Below are positions 51,314-63,792 of a stretch of DNA of 64,000 nucleotides, one piece after another. Both the position numbers and the translations under genes were made by a program. Numbering within the stretch: position 1 is the stretch's first letter; each line of letters opens with the position of its first letter. This stretch comes from Diadema antillarum (taxonomy: Eukaryota), in the NCBI RefSeq assembly GCF_040938485.1, contig NW_027272455.1:1-64000 (forward strand). The letters are read 5' to 3'. The notes beneath the pieces were generated by a model. It did no database searches and was not told the DNA's origin. It saw nothing but the letters and a program-made list of their open reading frames with translations.

Positions 51314-51461
51314 GCTGCCAACGCCTTCCTCGCACAGAGGATATCCAGTATTAACTCCATCAGTGCCGTGTGTGAAGCGACGGGGGCCGATGTCAGTGAG
51401 GTGGCCCACGCCATCGGAACGGACTCCCGGATCGGACCCAAGTTTCTCCAAGCCAGTTTAG
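51314..51461 (+). CDS. UGDH: UGDH coding exon 5
   Basis: [27 protein letters not shown]...KFLQASL(G); 148 nt, ends in phase 1. Confidence 0.97.
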
Positions 51462-51802
51462 GTATATTCAATCTCTACTTCACGAAGTATGCTATTAAAG
51501 CAAAAAAACATTTTGAATATTACGCATACCACATTTCAATGTGTAGCAGTGCTAGGCATCATTTGAAGAGTTTCATTATGAAACAAGCTATCTCCCATTC
51601 TTTGAGATATTTGCTATTAAAAAACAAACAAATAAAGAAAATTATAAGAAAATATGGAATATTTTTATTCATAACTTCAAGAATATTCTTTGTTTAGATA
51701 TATAACAAGTGAAATATCATTGGAGAGATTATATTTTTCTCTGTGTGATGGTGGAGATAAGCTCATTTGCAATCAAAGTCTTCATTTGATACCCTTTTTT
51801 TT

Positions 51803-51862
51803 AGTGTCTGTGTATAGCAGGTAGCCACTATAGACAGGTGGTTGCTAAGGCAGGTTTGACTG
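51803..51862. mobile_element. Solo terminus of a pogo/Tigger-like element
   Basis: ...tagacaggtggttgctaaggcaggtttgactg|TA, the reverse of a CAGTCAAACCTG terminus. Confidence 0.4.
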
Positions 51863-52088
51863 TACTTCAGTGAATTGAAAGTCTGTTAGTAACCAAGCTT
51901 ACTGCCCTAGATTTCACCCCATTGACAGTAGATTTTAGAATTAACCATTTAGTAGATATGTATGCTCATAGATATTTCTCTATTGACAGGCCTGAGTACA
52001 ATTTGCAGAACTGTTCTATGCTTTGGTGTGTCTTCAATCACTTGAACACCATTATACAAGCTGTACAGCTCAGTCGAGCAAAGTTTGA

Positions 52089-52316
<228 letters not shown>

Positions 52317-52787
52317 TAATAATAATAAAATGAGATTTTTAATCTGTGAAGTGTCATAAATCACACAGTAATCAGCCCCACACTCCATAGCACTTTTTCA
52401 CCACATACATACGCTCTGTTTCAGCATTCTGGATATTCTGCTTGTATTGTCAGACATAATTTCTTTCACTGTTTGCTAATGATGATTAATTGTTGTGCAA
52501 TTTACTCGTAGTTCGCTCATGGATATTCTAGATGCAAATGTCCAGCATGATCTTTCACTCTGTTGTCTCAACTGAAGTGAGAGGTAGCTTTTGCACATAA
52601 CAAATTATATTTTGCCATGTGTACTTCATTTTATTGTATCAACTTGACAGGACATTTGTTAGACATTGAGAAGAACAAGTACAGGTATAAGTGTGCATTT
52701 CACTTAAATCTTTCTTGATTTTGAATTAAGAGAGAAATGTAATTCACAGGGTTTCTTATAATTGTTCTTTACCCCCCCCAAAAAAAA

Positions 52788-52824
<37 letters not shown>

Positions 52825-53019
52825 AAATTCACATCTGTAACAATATAGTAGCTGCATGTAAACATGTTCACAAAAGCTTTGATGACTATGTATTATTATA
52901 TGTGTCATACTAACAAGTTTTTATGACAGTCAGTACAAACAAAATATCACAGTGCTTATTGAATGAAAACAACAGTAACTGCCACCATAGTGTGGCTACA
53001 TGAAGGACTCTTGAAAGGC

Positions 53020-53195
53020 ATTGCAATTAACTCTTCGATCCGCAACTTCTGATCTCATACATATTCCACTTTCTAAAGAAACCTTAGGGGAAACAAATGC
53101 GCACCCTAGGCTGGACCAACACTGGAATTTACTTCCATGTGACCTGAAAGACTAAAACTCCATAATGTCTTTTCAGAGCAACCTACAATCCTACT
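53020..53195 (+). mobile_element. Decayed L2-type LINE ORF2 C-terminus, cut by gap
   Basis: HIPLSKETLGET...PRLDQHWNLLPCDLKD*NSIMSFQSNLQSY matches the L2 VP..K..T.G......WN.LP..L....S...FK..LK.Y pattern. Confidence 0.55.
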
Positions 53196-53345
53196 NNNNN
53201 NNNNNNNNNNNNNNNNNNNNNNNNNNNNNNNNNNNNNNNNNNNNNNNNNNNNNNNNNNNNNNNNNNNNNNNNNNNNNNNNNNNNNNNNNNNNNNNNNNNN
53301 NNNNNNNNNNNNNNNNNNNNNNNNNNNNNNNNNNNNNNNNNNNNN
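53196..53345. other. Assembly gap
   Basis: Run of N. Confidence 1.
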
Positions 53346-53502
53346 TTTGAAATGCTCAGGAATTTGTCCTTTTCTGTTTAAGGGGGGAAAATGTCATTTC
53401 ATGTAGCTCACCTTGATAAGATATATATCAATAATTTTGTGCATTCTTTATTGTGGATTACTGACATTTCACCTAATTTTGCTGTATTTTACACCAATCC
53501 AG

Positions 53503-53633
53503 GTAATCATCATGAATGATTATCAAAGGAGAAGATTTGCCAACAAGATGATTGCATGTCTGTTCAACACTGTCACAGACAAGAAGATTGCCGTTCTAGG
53601 CTTTGCATTCAAGAAGGACACAGGAGACACAAG
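53503..53633 (+). CDS. UGDH: UGDH coding exon 7
   Basis: [12 protein letters not shown]...[12 protein letters not shown](R); 131 nt; AAG|GTAAGT donor. Confidence 0.97.
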
Positions 53634-54312
53634 GTAAGTTTTATGTGTTAGTGTGGGTGTAAGTGCAAGTGTTAGTGTAAGTGTTCATGCAAGTGTGATT
53701 ACTGATGCAGAATCTAAGTTTCTGGTATTCATTGTCTATTACACATGATATCAACTTTAGATATTGCAGTATCCTACAACTATGTGCATTTCTGTGATTA
53801 GCAAACTCTATTGAACAGGGATGTGCCACGTTAGTTTCTGTTTTGTTCACTAGAATATGATGTACATTGCATTTGTGTGATGTCTTGTGTTTAGTGTGTA
53901 GCGTTTGAAAAAAGGAATTGCTTTCACAGATGCTTGTGTGCACTATTTGGTCTAAATAACATAGCGTATTTCATAGGTAGCCAAAAATGTAAGTTTTCCT
54001 TGTAAGATTTATCGGTACTTTTGTTATATAAATGCTCATAATGCACATATCAAGTGATATTAGCTTGAGTTCCATGCATTTGTGTCTCCCCCAGTGGCAG
54101 ACATCCTGCAGTTGCATAATTTTGCTCACATTTTGTATTTCTGTATGCACCAGGATCTTGCTTTATTCATTTGACCCAGAAATTCATGACCCTTTGTCAT
54201 TAAGTAAGTGGATGATGTCATAGGGGATATTTTGTTTTTAATGAATTATGGTTCCGTACAGTAATGAAATCATACCTAACTGCTGTCTTTTGTGGAATTA
54301 TTCTGAAAACAG

Positions 54313-54449
54313 GGAATCTTCCAGTATCTACCTGTGTAAATTCCTGATGGATGAGGGCGCCAGACTAAATATCTATGACCCTCAGGTGGAGCGAGAGCAG
54401 ATCCTGTTGGAGCTCAACAATTCCAGCATATCGACTGACCCAGAGAGAG
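54313..54449 (+). CDS. UGDH: UGDH coding exon 8
   Basis: (R)[25 protein letters not shown]...DPER(V); 137 nt, phase 2 to 1. Confidence 0.95.
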
Positions 54450-54850
54450 GTGATAATATCTAACTTAGCTGATGAAAAAGGAAAACAAAAGCATATTTCA
54501 CACTTTCAGCCAGCAGAAGTAGTTATCAGTTCATCAGCTCAGTTCAGTATTCTAGATTCTAGTCTTCAAGAATGTCATTGCTCGCACACTAGACAGGCCC
54601 ACATTCCTGAGCTACATTGTATTTTTCACCACAAACACATACTCTGTTTCCAACCTTCAAAGAAATGGCCTTGATTTTACCCGTATTGTAAAATATGTCA
54701 CTGGTTTCATTGTTTGCTTTATGATGACTAATTGTTGATAATATAATGAGGTGAAAATAATCTAACATTACAGATGAAAAGGGGAAACAAAAGCATATTT
54801 CACACAGAGAAAATTGATAGTTTATCAGTTAAGTACACAAAAAAATTTAA

Positions 54851-55414
54851 AGGACAAGTTCACCTTCATAAACATAAGGATTGAGAGAATGCAACAATAT
54901 TAGTAGAACACATCAGTGAAAGTTTGAGGAAAATTGGACAATCGAAGCAAAAGTTATGAATTTTTAAAATTTTTGTGTTGGAACCGCTGGATGAGGAGAC
55001 TACTACAGCTTGTGAGTCATATGCGTACAACAGTTTAAAGAAAATGTAAAGAAAATTCAACATATTTTCACTTTTTTCGCATAATAAAAGAGCACTTGAC
55101 TTGCCTCTTTCTAAAGGCAGGGGGAATAATATTACCCATAACATTTGTCGGTAACGAGTCGGGGGAATGTGTACTTTTTTCAAAAGATGAAATTTTGTGA
55201 AATTCTCTTTATATTTTCTTTATATTGTTGTACGCATGTGACATCTAAGTTATTCACACACTGCAGTAGTCTTCTCATCCAGCGGTTACTGCACAAAAAC
55301 TTCAAAAATTCATAACTTTTGAACGGATTGTCCGATTTTCCTCTTTCAATGATGTGTTCTACTAATATTGCTACATTCTCTCAATCCTTATGTTTATGAA
55401 GGTGAACTTGTCCT
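54851..55414 (-). mobile_element. Kolobok-like family A, copy 2 (inverted relative to copy 1)
   Basis: TTAA TSDs at 54847-54850 and 55415-55418. The 105-codon pseudo-ORFs of copies 1 and 2 differ at only four residues. Confidence 0.92.
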
Positions 55415-55697
55415 TTAAAATGTGGGAATGATACATACTCCTTTGTACTGATGAAGTGTTTGGCACTAGTTAGAATGCCTGAATCAATTTTCATCTACTA
55501 AAGGAAAGTGAAGGATAAGGCTCATGAAGTGATGTTATATACATTTGAACTGACTTTTCAAACTTTCACTTGATAAAAGTTCATGAAGTGACATAAAACC
55601 TCAAAAGTTGTTGTGCTTCCATATCGTGAAATCTGATTCTTGCACTTCAAGTATGTACCATGCATATTGTTATATTCTCTTTCATGTTTTTGTGCAG

Positions 55698-55789
55698 TTG
55701 AGAAACTGGTCACCATTTACAGTAATCCGTACGAGGCCCTGAAAGGAACCCATGCCTTTGTGGTTTGCACCGAGTGGGATGAATTCAAG
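55698..55789 (+). CDS. UGDH: UGDH coding exon 9 (GC donor)
   Basis: (V)[30 protein letters not shown]; 92 nt; followed by AAG|GCAAGT. Confidence 0.94.
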
Positions 55790-56520
55790 GCAAGTACCTC
55801 TGGATCAAAACCTTAAATTTTACCCGTAAAATTTTACCCTGTTTCTGTAGATTTGATCATTCAAGCACATTCACCCAAGCCTCCTGTATTCACAAGTCTT
55901 TTGAAGCTTCTGATAATTGAGTCATCATCACTGACTGATGATGACTGTGGTGATGGTCCAGGGGTGCACTTAGAGTAAACTTTTCTGACTATTTACATAG
56001 TTTTGATCATGAAAACCATGTTTTGTGGTTTACATTTTACTATAAGCATAACTGTGATTACAAACATGGTTTTGAAACATGGTTTTAAAATGCACTGAGG
56101 AGGTGTGATTAAAAACCATGTTTCACTAGCAACAGGGTTTTGAAAGTTTTATAAAGGCAACCATGATCTCAAAGACGATTTTAGACGATGTCATAGTTGT
56201 GTGCACTCTTTTTGACCCAATTACTAAGGCTTTGTATAATGAGATCGGCAATGACACAGTCCCGGACTCACTCAGGAGAAACTCTTATACACGCCCCTCT
56301 GTCATACCAAGTTTCAAAGAGTGTTCCACAGCTATGTTTCAAAGCTGTGTTTTAAAACCTTGTTTCTCTGTTAGCAGAATCTAATAACACAGCCCAGGAT
56401 TCCTGTATGCATGATTTCTGTTGGGAAACCGTGAAATAGCGAACAACATACTTCCACTGAGATTGCAACTAAGATCCTGAATTCTTACGCATAGCATGCT
56501 CTCTTTTATACTTACAATAG

Positions 56521-56682
56521 AACTATGACTACTTGCAAATATACAATGACATGCTGAAGCCCGCCTTCGCATTTGATGGTCGCCGCATCCTGGATTCATC
56601 CCGCCTGGAGAACATTGGATTCCATGTGGAGGTTGTCGGCCAAAAGAGCTGGAGGAACGGCATTCTTCCCGTAACACCATAA
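56521..56682 (+). CDS. UGDH: UGDH coding exon 10 (terminal)
   Basis: NYDYLQIYNDMLKPAFAFDGRRILD...IGFHVEVVGQKSWRNGILPVTP*; TAA at 56680-56682. The spliced total is 476 aa. Confidence 0.95.
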   Translation, partial: NYDYLQIYNDMLKPAFAFDGRRILDSSRLENIGFHVEVVGQKSWRNGILPVTP

Positions 56683-58844
56683 GCGTCGGGTTCTTGCACT
56701 GCTTCAAAAATATTTCCCCCCTTTCCATCATTACAGCATCAAACACATCTGGTCATTGTAAACCTGTACATGTCAGTTGGTCAATCATGACTTACACTGA
56801 TGGTGTGGCATATTGATAGTGCAGCTTTTATTGTATACCATGAAAGGAAATGTACACATGTGTCATGTTTGGACATTTTTAACCCTGGTATCATAGATTG
56901 CTATGAATAATGTGCATTACAGGTTTTAATAACAAAATACTATCACTTACCTGTGCTTGCTATTTCCAATGTCACTACATGTCAAACCCTAAAAAGGTTA
57001 TTTATTTTCATATCACTATGTTGGGTAGGAAAACTCTAAGAGAACTGATTGTCAATCATGATACCAACTAGTTCACTTCTATTTTTTTCCCTGTGTATTC
57101 ACAAAGAGTAGGTACCATGTGGGCATGTAGTTTGTGCCGTTGCTTTTAATCAAACAAAGCTTTTGAAATACAATGTGACCATGTGTCAATACAGCTAATA
57201 TGTATGTGTATACATACACCCAAAAACAAAAATAGAACAAGAACAATCATGAGTAGAATTAAGATTTATTTTTGTACAATTCCAAGTCAAATGTTTTGAG
57301 ATTACTTTATATTACATGATAATGAATGAAAATGAATGTATTTGGTATCCCCTTGTAAAGACCATTGTTTGATTTTACCAAATGGCTGTTTTTAGTTACA
57401 AGCTATAAATGTGTCCCTGATGTGACATACAGTGTATTATGCTTTTTAGAACTTTGTTATTGTTCCTGAAACTGTATCACATCAGAAAAAAGAAAATAGT
57501 CCAAAGAATTATTAAATTTCTCAAAAATTCTATGGTTTAGTGATATATTGTAAAGCAGATTCCCAATGCATGTGTTTTAATGATAGCCTTTATGAAAAGG
57601 AAAACTATATCTTTCATATTCCTATTGGTAAGGAACACTGGAGTAACATAGATTAACCAAAATATCTAATCAACATATGGTACAATGCACATGAAAATAT
57701 AACAAATCAATGTAATGTTTTTAATTACCGGTACATTAGACAGAGATGTACTGTACGACCTCAGTCTATCTGACCATCACTTTTGCGGAGTTCTCTGTTA
57801 TCTGGACATAGGTTAGTACGCGATTGTATTTGCATTTTCATGCATTCGCAGCGATAGATCTTAGCTATTCATGAATTCCAAGCACAAAACGACAATTGAG
57901 TGCAGATACTAGGCAATATAAAGTCTGGACACAAATGGCAATCATTGGGATATGTACAGATATGCCAGCCATAGTGCTGTGATAGAAGTTAAAAGTATGC
58001 TACTCGTCTGATGGTCTGATCAGGGAGATGAGAGATTGAGGGAGAATTCATGGGTTTGATCTTTGCTTGTCAGTAAACTCAAAGAATCAAAGACATACAA
58101 GGAAGGGTATCATTACTCATATTTGATTTCATTTCCAAATCATGTGAATTATGAAACATGCAGACATCATATAAACAATCATGGTGATAGTAAATTGGCA
58201 ATGGCTTGTGCATCCATGGAACTTCTGACACAGTGGTGCACATGAGAATATCTTTCTCATAGAACCTTTCTCCCTCAATATCTTGCTTTTTATAGCCGAC
58301 TGTGTCACTTATCCAAATGATCCTGACATGCCGACATGATTTTAATTGGACTCTACATACAAAACCTACTTTAACCCTGTTATGATGATGTCGGCGGTAC
58401 CGCCAATTTTACCTGGCTGTAAGGCAGTATCTCGTAAACATACGTATGTACTTAAGAGACCAGTGATAATACAGTAATGGGAAATTTGGGACTGCTGAAT
58501 TCACCTCGTTAAAACTAGTACCTCCTTTTTAAGCATGCTTGTTATGACAGGGTTTCCCAGTAATGAGCTGATTTCACTAGTCAGTATTCATATATGATGA
58601 AAATTTTAAATGTTTCTTTGTGATATTCTGTCCTGAAGTTGTCAAGAATGCATACCTCTGTCTCTATTATGTTTCTTCTGCCATCACCTGTTACTGGTGT
58701 TTTCATGAATTCGAACATGTGTGTATTACGCCTTGTCTTTTCTGCTGCTCATGCTGCTGTATATGGTATATGTGATGAAGAGGTCATTATGAGAAGTGCA
58801 TTATTCCTATTTACAGATGTTTTCATAAACATAGCAAAGGTTTT

Positions 58845-59520
58845 TGTCCCTCTACCTCAAAGGGTGTTGGAGACATTTATGTTTGGGGTTGTCTGTCCAT
58901 CAGTCCGTCCATCCTTCCGTCCATCCTGCCCAGATCTTGTGATCCCATTTTAACCCGTTGAGGACGAGTCCCGAGTACACTCGGGCAGGTGTCTGTGGGA
59001 AATGCGTGTTGTAGCAATATCAGCCTGAACTCCATGGGTTAAGAAGAAATTTAAATCTGTTTTCATAGTTCCTGGTCCAGGGATGCTACATCAGGTGTAG
59101 ATGCATTGAGTAGACTTTTTAACCATCCCTGAAGGTCAAAGGTCACAGGACTTTGTCCCGAAATGATATTGCTTTCTAGTCATTACTTCAGCTAGGAATG
59201 TCGAATGGTGATGTGGGCTGGTTGATGGGGTCAAAGTAAACTGACAGTCATTTGCAAAACCATGATTGGGGTGAAAGGTTAAAGGTTAAGGTTTGTGGTC
59301 ACAACTTTTTGCATACACACACAGAAATACATGTATAAAATATCATTTCCAGCCGTTGATTCAGCTAGGAAAGTCTAGTGATGGTTTACTACGTGTTAGA
59401 TTACGTAAAAAGGGTTGGAATAAATGGACAAATTATTGCATGAACTTGATGGTGGTAGTAGGTTCAAAGGTCATCAAAATTTAGTCAAAGTTAGCCCTTA
59501 ATTCTACCAGGTTTGTCCAT
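58845..59520 (+). mobile_element. Helentron/DINE-like element
   Basis: T-run start, (GTCC)n-like tract and repeated AAGGTCAAAGGTCA-type motifs; hosts the 58954 mini-element. Ends are approximate. Confidence 0.5.
58954..59038. mobile_element. 85-bp piggyBac-like mini-element (same family as 9484)
   Basis: TTAA|CCCGTTGAGGACGAGTCCCGAGTACACTCGGG...CCATGGG|TTAA; reverse orientation to the 9484 copy. Confidence 0.8.
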
Positions 59521-59666
59521 TCATGATGTTATCAGTGTGATGGATAGAAACACATTTGAAAATATTTTCCTTTGTATGGAGAGAGTCAAAGGTCGATCAC
59601 TGATCATTGATAAAACATTAAGAAATGGCTGTAGACTGGAACGTATTGAACAAAGTGATTGCGTAA

Positions 59667-60225
59667 AGGACAAGTTCACCTTCATGTACATGTGGATTGA
59701 GTGAATGCAACAATATTAGTAGAACACATCAGTGAAAGTTTGAGGAAAATCCGACAATCCGTTCAAAAGTTATGAATTTTTCAAGTATCTGCGCAATTAC
59801 TGCTGGATGAGAAGACTACTATAGTGTGTGATGTCACATGCGTACAACGATATAATGAAAATAAAAAGAGAATTTCACAAAATTGTACTTTTTAGATAAA
59901 GTGCACATTTCTTGGACTTGTTACTGATGTATGTTAAGGATAATATTATTCCCCTTGCCTTCTGAAAGAGAGAAGTCGAGTGTTCTTTTGTTATGCGAGA
60001 AAAGTGAAAATAAGGTAAATTTTCTTTATACTTTCTTTATACCGTTGTACTCATGTGACATCACAAGCTATAGTAGTCTTCTCATACAGCCATGACTGAG
60101 CAGAAACTTTAAAAATTCATAACTTTTGAACGGATTGTCGGATTTTCCTCAAACTCTCACTGATGTGTTCTACTAATATTGCTGCATTTACTCAACCAAC
60201 ATGTCTATGAAGGTGAACTTGTCCT
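59667..60225. mobile_element. Kolobok-like family A, copy 3 (more divergent)
   Basis: GTAA|AGGACAAGTTCACC...GGTGAACTTGTCCT|TTAA. Confidence 0.88.
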
Positions 60226-60727
60226 TTAAGGAGTTGAGGCATCCCAGTCAACTGCACACAACACTCAAATTGCTCCAGTTTGTGGTGGTTTCATTTTGTT
60301 TTGGTTTTTTTACTCGACACATGGATGTACATTAGTCACCCTCACATGATTGTAAATATCTGGGTTTCGTTTTGTTTTTTTGTTTTTTTCACCTCTTAAT
60401 GATAGTACTGTGTGCCTTGATATGAGCAGTGCCATAAAATCCCCTGCCCTCTTCACTGGCCACAAGGTAAATTATATGTATGATATTGGACAGTATGAAT
60501 CTAGAAAGAATTTACAGCATGATCAAACATCCGTTGGTATGAAGGATAAATGAGTCATTCTTTCACAGGTATGACTTAATTATAGTAATGTGTAATCATG
60601 CATTAAAATGTGTTTCTTGAATCACACCAGGATAGCACATGATGATGTGCATAGGTGCCAGTGCCAGGAATGCTTAATTAGTCAAAATCTGCATACACTT
60701 CACAAAACCTCATTTCCTTAGTTAAGG

Positions 60728-60892
60728 CAGGGCTCGACACTAACGGTGTCCCGGTGTCCCGGGGCCACCAAAAACGCAAGTCGGGCCACCAAAATTTCAG
60801 AAATGAAGAATTTGGTGGCCTGATCGGGCCACCAAAAAAGGTCGGATGTTTGTCTTTGGGCCAGCAAAAATAAAAGTTAGTGTGGAGCCCTG
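60728..60892 (+). mobile_element. Non-autonomous DNA transposon with 7-bp TSD, copy 2
   Basis: GTTAAGG|CAGGGCTCGACACTAAC...GTTAGTGTGGAGCCCTG|GTTAAGG. Confidence 0.88.
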
Positions 60893-62356
60893 GTTAAGGG
60901 ATGGTTCCCTGTCAAGATAACCAGTGCCATGCATTATTAGTAACAGGTACAGTGTATGTGCAGTCCAAAAACAAAACATAAAAAAACAAAACCTGGCAAG
61001 AGAATTAATTGGATAAGACATAAAATGGTCAAGTAATGTCTTACCAAGTTTTCTTGTCATTATTTCAATAGTTTCTGTTTCCACAAAATAACTTGAATTC
61101 TCTCTCTCTCTTTCTGTCTCTGAATCTAGATGTTAGATGCAACTCTTTTGATGTTGATTGTTTTATAAATTCTGCCTATTGTGAGCATGTGTGTTCCAAC
61201 TCTTGGTTGTGATCAGTGCATCAGGTCACAACCCAACATGTGCACTCTTTGAATGGAAGTTGTACTAGTATTCTTGTGCATACTATTTGGGGCATTATTA
61301 AGCTTCTATATCCTTGTGTATCCCTATCTACGGAGTAAGGGAAATGAAGTACGGTACATCGAAATTAAGTACATCGTATGCACGTCTATTTCACACTCAT
61401 ACAAACTGTATTTCCTTTTTTCAGTCTTCCAGCCGATTTTATTTAGCGTTCATGTTTGTAGCTGTATGGCTCTCGATAGCATGAAGTACAAGTCAATAGT
61501 ACAGCTGTATGTCAATTTCACGTTTGTCCAGTATGTCAATTTCACGTATGTCCAGTCTTTTGTATGCATCACAAATGGTAGTGTTTTTGTAAGGAATTAC
61601 TTATTATTTGTCTTCCGGTTGTAACAATAATATTTTGCAAAATTTTGCATAGTGTTGTACAGAAAAAGAAAGTATGTAGCTGATAATTGCTGTAACGTGT
61701 GCTAGACTGTGTTTGTGGTAGTATAGAATAACTGCAATAGGGGATCCCTGTGAAATATTTGTGTAAACCATAAGGTTATCCTCAAGACAATTTTGTGATA
61801 TTTTTGCTACAGCAACACAGTTTGAGAATCATATCAGGTATTCAGTATTCTGGGTTATGCAAAGATGTAAGCCTTCTTTGCAGCTTGTAAGTTGGATGCC
61901 TCCGATGAAATCACCACAGAGCTTGCTGAATTTTTATTCACACATGGCCGACAGCATACCTCTTGCATTTTATCCTTCGCTTTTGTATGTGTGTGTTAAT
62001 GTGTATGGGTGCTTTTATAAGTATACATGCTTGCATGCAGCAAAGACAACACATTTGTTACCTGTGTCAAATCTTTGTGAGGCAACTGTGGCAAATCATG
62101 CAAACACTTTTAAGATACATATGCAATCTTTGTTTGCTGTTTGTTAGTCAGTATGGACATACCTACTGACACAAGGGCATTCCCTGTTTTTTGTAAGGTT
62201 GTAAGTCCACAGGAGAGAGAGGTGTTTTTCAAACAAACCCTAAAATGCTGTGCAACACTGAGTTATTGTGGAGTGTGTCATTTGCATCAGTAGCACATTC
62301 ACAAATGAAAGCACATGGATTGAGATGCATTGTCAAATCTCAGCTGGTCAAATTAA

Positions 62357-62718
62357 AGGGATGGTATAGTTTTGGATGAGATGGGGGATTCAGATTTTAA
62401 CTTTCTGCGAGATAATGAGAAACCACTTATGAAATATGAAAGAGCATACAATTCTGAGAAGAATTCAAAGTTTATTTGATGAAAATCAGTGTTTAAATGG
62501 CTGAGATATCAAAAGCAAGGTAAAACAAAGTGGTCTTAATAAAAGGTGAGTCCCAACTTTTATTAGGACCTCTTTGTTTTTGGATATCTCAGCCATTTCA
62601 TAAACTTTGGATTCCTCTTAGAATTGTGTGTTCTTTCTTATTTCCAGAGGTTTCTCTTTATATCGCAAAAAAAGTTGGAAACCTGAAGCCCCATCTCAAC
62701 CAAAGCTGTACCATCCCT
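62357..62718 (+). mobile_element. Kolobok-like family H, intact copy
   Basis: TTAA|AGGGATGGTATAG...CTGTACCATCCCT|TTAA. Confidence 0.88.
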
Positions 62719-63275
62719 TTAAGGTAACCCATGGTTTCACAAGTTCAGAAAATATTCAATATTTAAACATGTATTGGCATATATACAAAATTTAAGAAGA
62801 TGTAGCATAGTTTTAACAGTATTTTGTCAGAATTGTGATGTGGACAGACATTTTGTGTAACGAGCTGTAAGTCGCTTCAAGTTCACAAACGAACATTTAA
62901 AGTAAGTTTGTAATGTACTGAAACTTTTTTTTAAAATCAATCTGGGCTTTCATAGTTTGTGTATTTATTGTACAATGAATACAGGTACCATGAGCTTGTG
63001 CACAAATAGATCATGTTTTTGTAGTCAAGAATTGTGGAACATTTTGTATATTGATAAAGCCTATGAAAATCACTATGTAAATACATGTAGATGTGTCAAT
63101 TTTTATTTGCCTTTTAATAAGTGTAAAAATCCTCTACCATCTTCGTGGCAGTTGTAGAACAAGAAATTATAGAATTTATTGTTTTATCAACATCTTGTGA
63201 ACTGCTCACACAAAGTTGTTGATGTGCATTATCTAGGCTGAAGGGTAGTTCTACACCCAACATTTGTATTCTGTA

Positions 63276-63792
63276 CAGTGCACTCCCGTTACAACGAACA
63301 CGGTTATAACGAAATTTCGTTATAAGGAAGTAAATCTTCTGGTCCCAAAATTATCACCATTAAACTCTATGGCACAAAATTTGTTTATAACGAACACGGT
63401 TATAGCGAAATTTCTGTAATAACGGAGTCTTTTCCGAGCACCACAGACAAAGAAAATCAAAAGAAATGTGCTCCGTTATAACGAAATGCGAATTGCTTTC
63501 GAAAATACGTAGCGGAACAAGCATTATAGCATCTCTGCATGGGTGAACGCTTCACACCACTGTGTGTTCACTCCTTGTGTCACGCACAGTTTCTGAGGGG
63601 AACTTGCGTTTATTATTGTAATACAGTTATCCCATCACATTTCACATAGCTTTCCAGTGTATGATGAGTATTCAGCAAACATAATATGATATATATACAT
63701 GGTTCCTTGTTTTCATTATATATTGTATTTGTTCGGTTATAACGAAAGAAAACTGCCGGTCCCGAGCATTTCGTTATAACGGGAGTGCACTG
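63276..63792. mobile_element. pogo/Tigger-like MITE
   Basis: TA|CAGTGCACTCCCGTTACAACGAA...TTCGTTATAACGGGAGTGCACTG|TA; internal GTTATAACGAA repeats. Confidence 0.9.

Noticed and set aside
55794-55799. GT donor 4 nt downstream of the UGDH exon 9 end
   Set aside because: It causes a frameshift relative to the conserved terminal exon.
56595-56640. A further UGDH intron near FH|VEVVG
   Set aside because: GTGGAG is a poor donor and the following residues align with the conserved end of the enzyme.
60893-60905. Target GTTAAGGGATGG resembles the tRNA-Ser D-arm (GGTTAAGGCGATGG), hinting at Dada-like tRNA targeting
   Set aside because: The flanks have no tRNA structure or B-box, and copy 1's target does not match.
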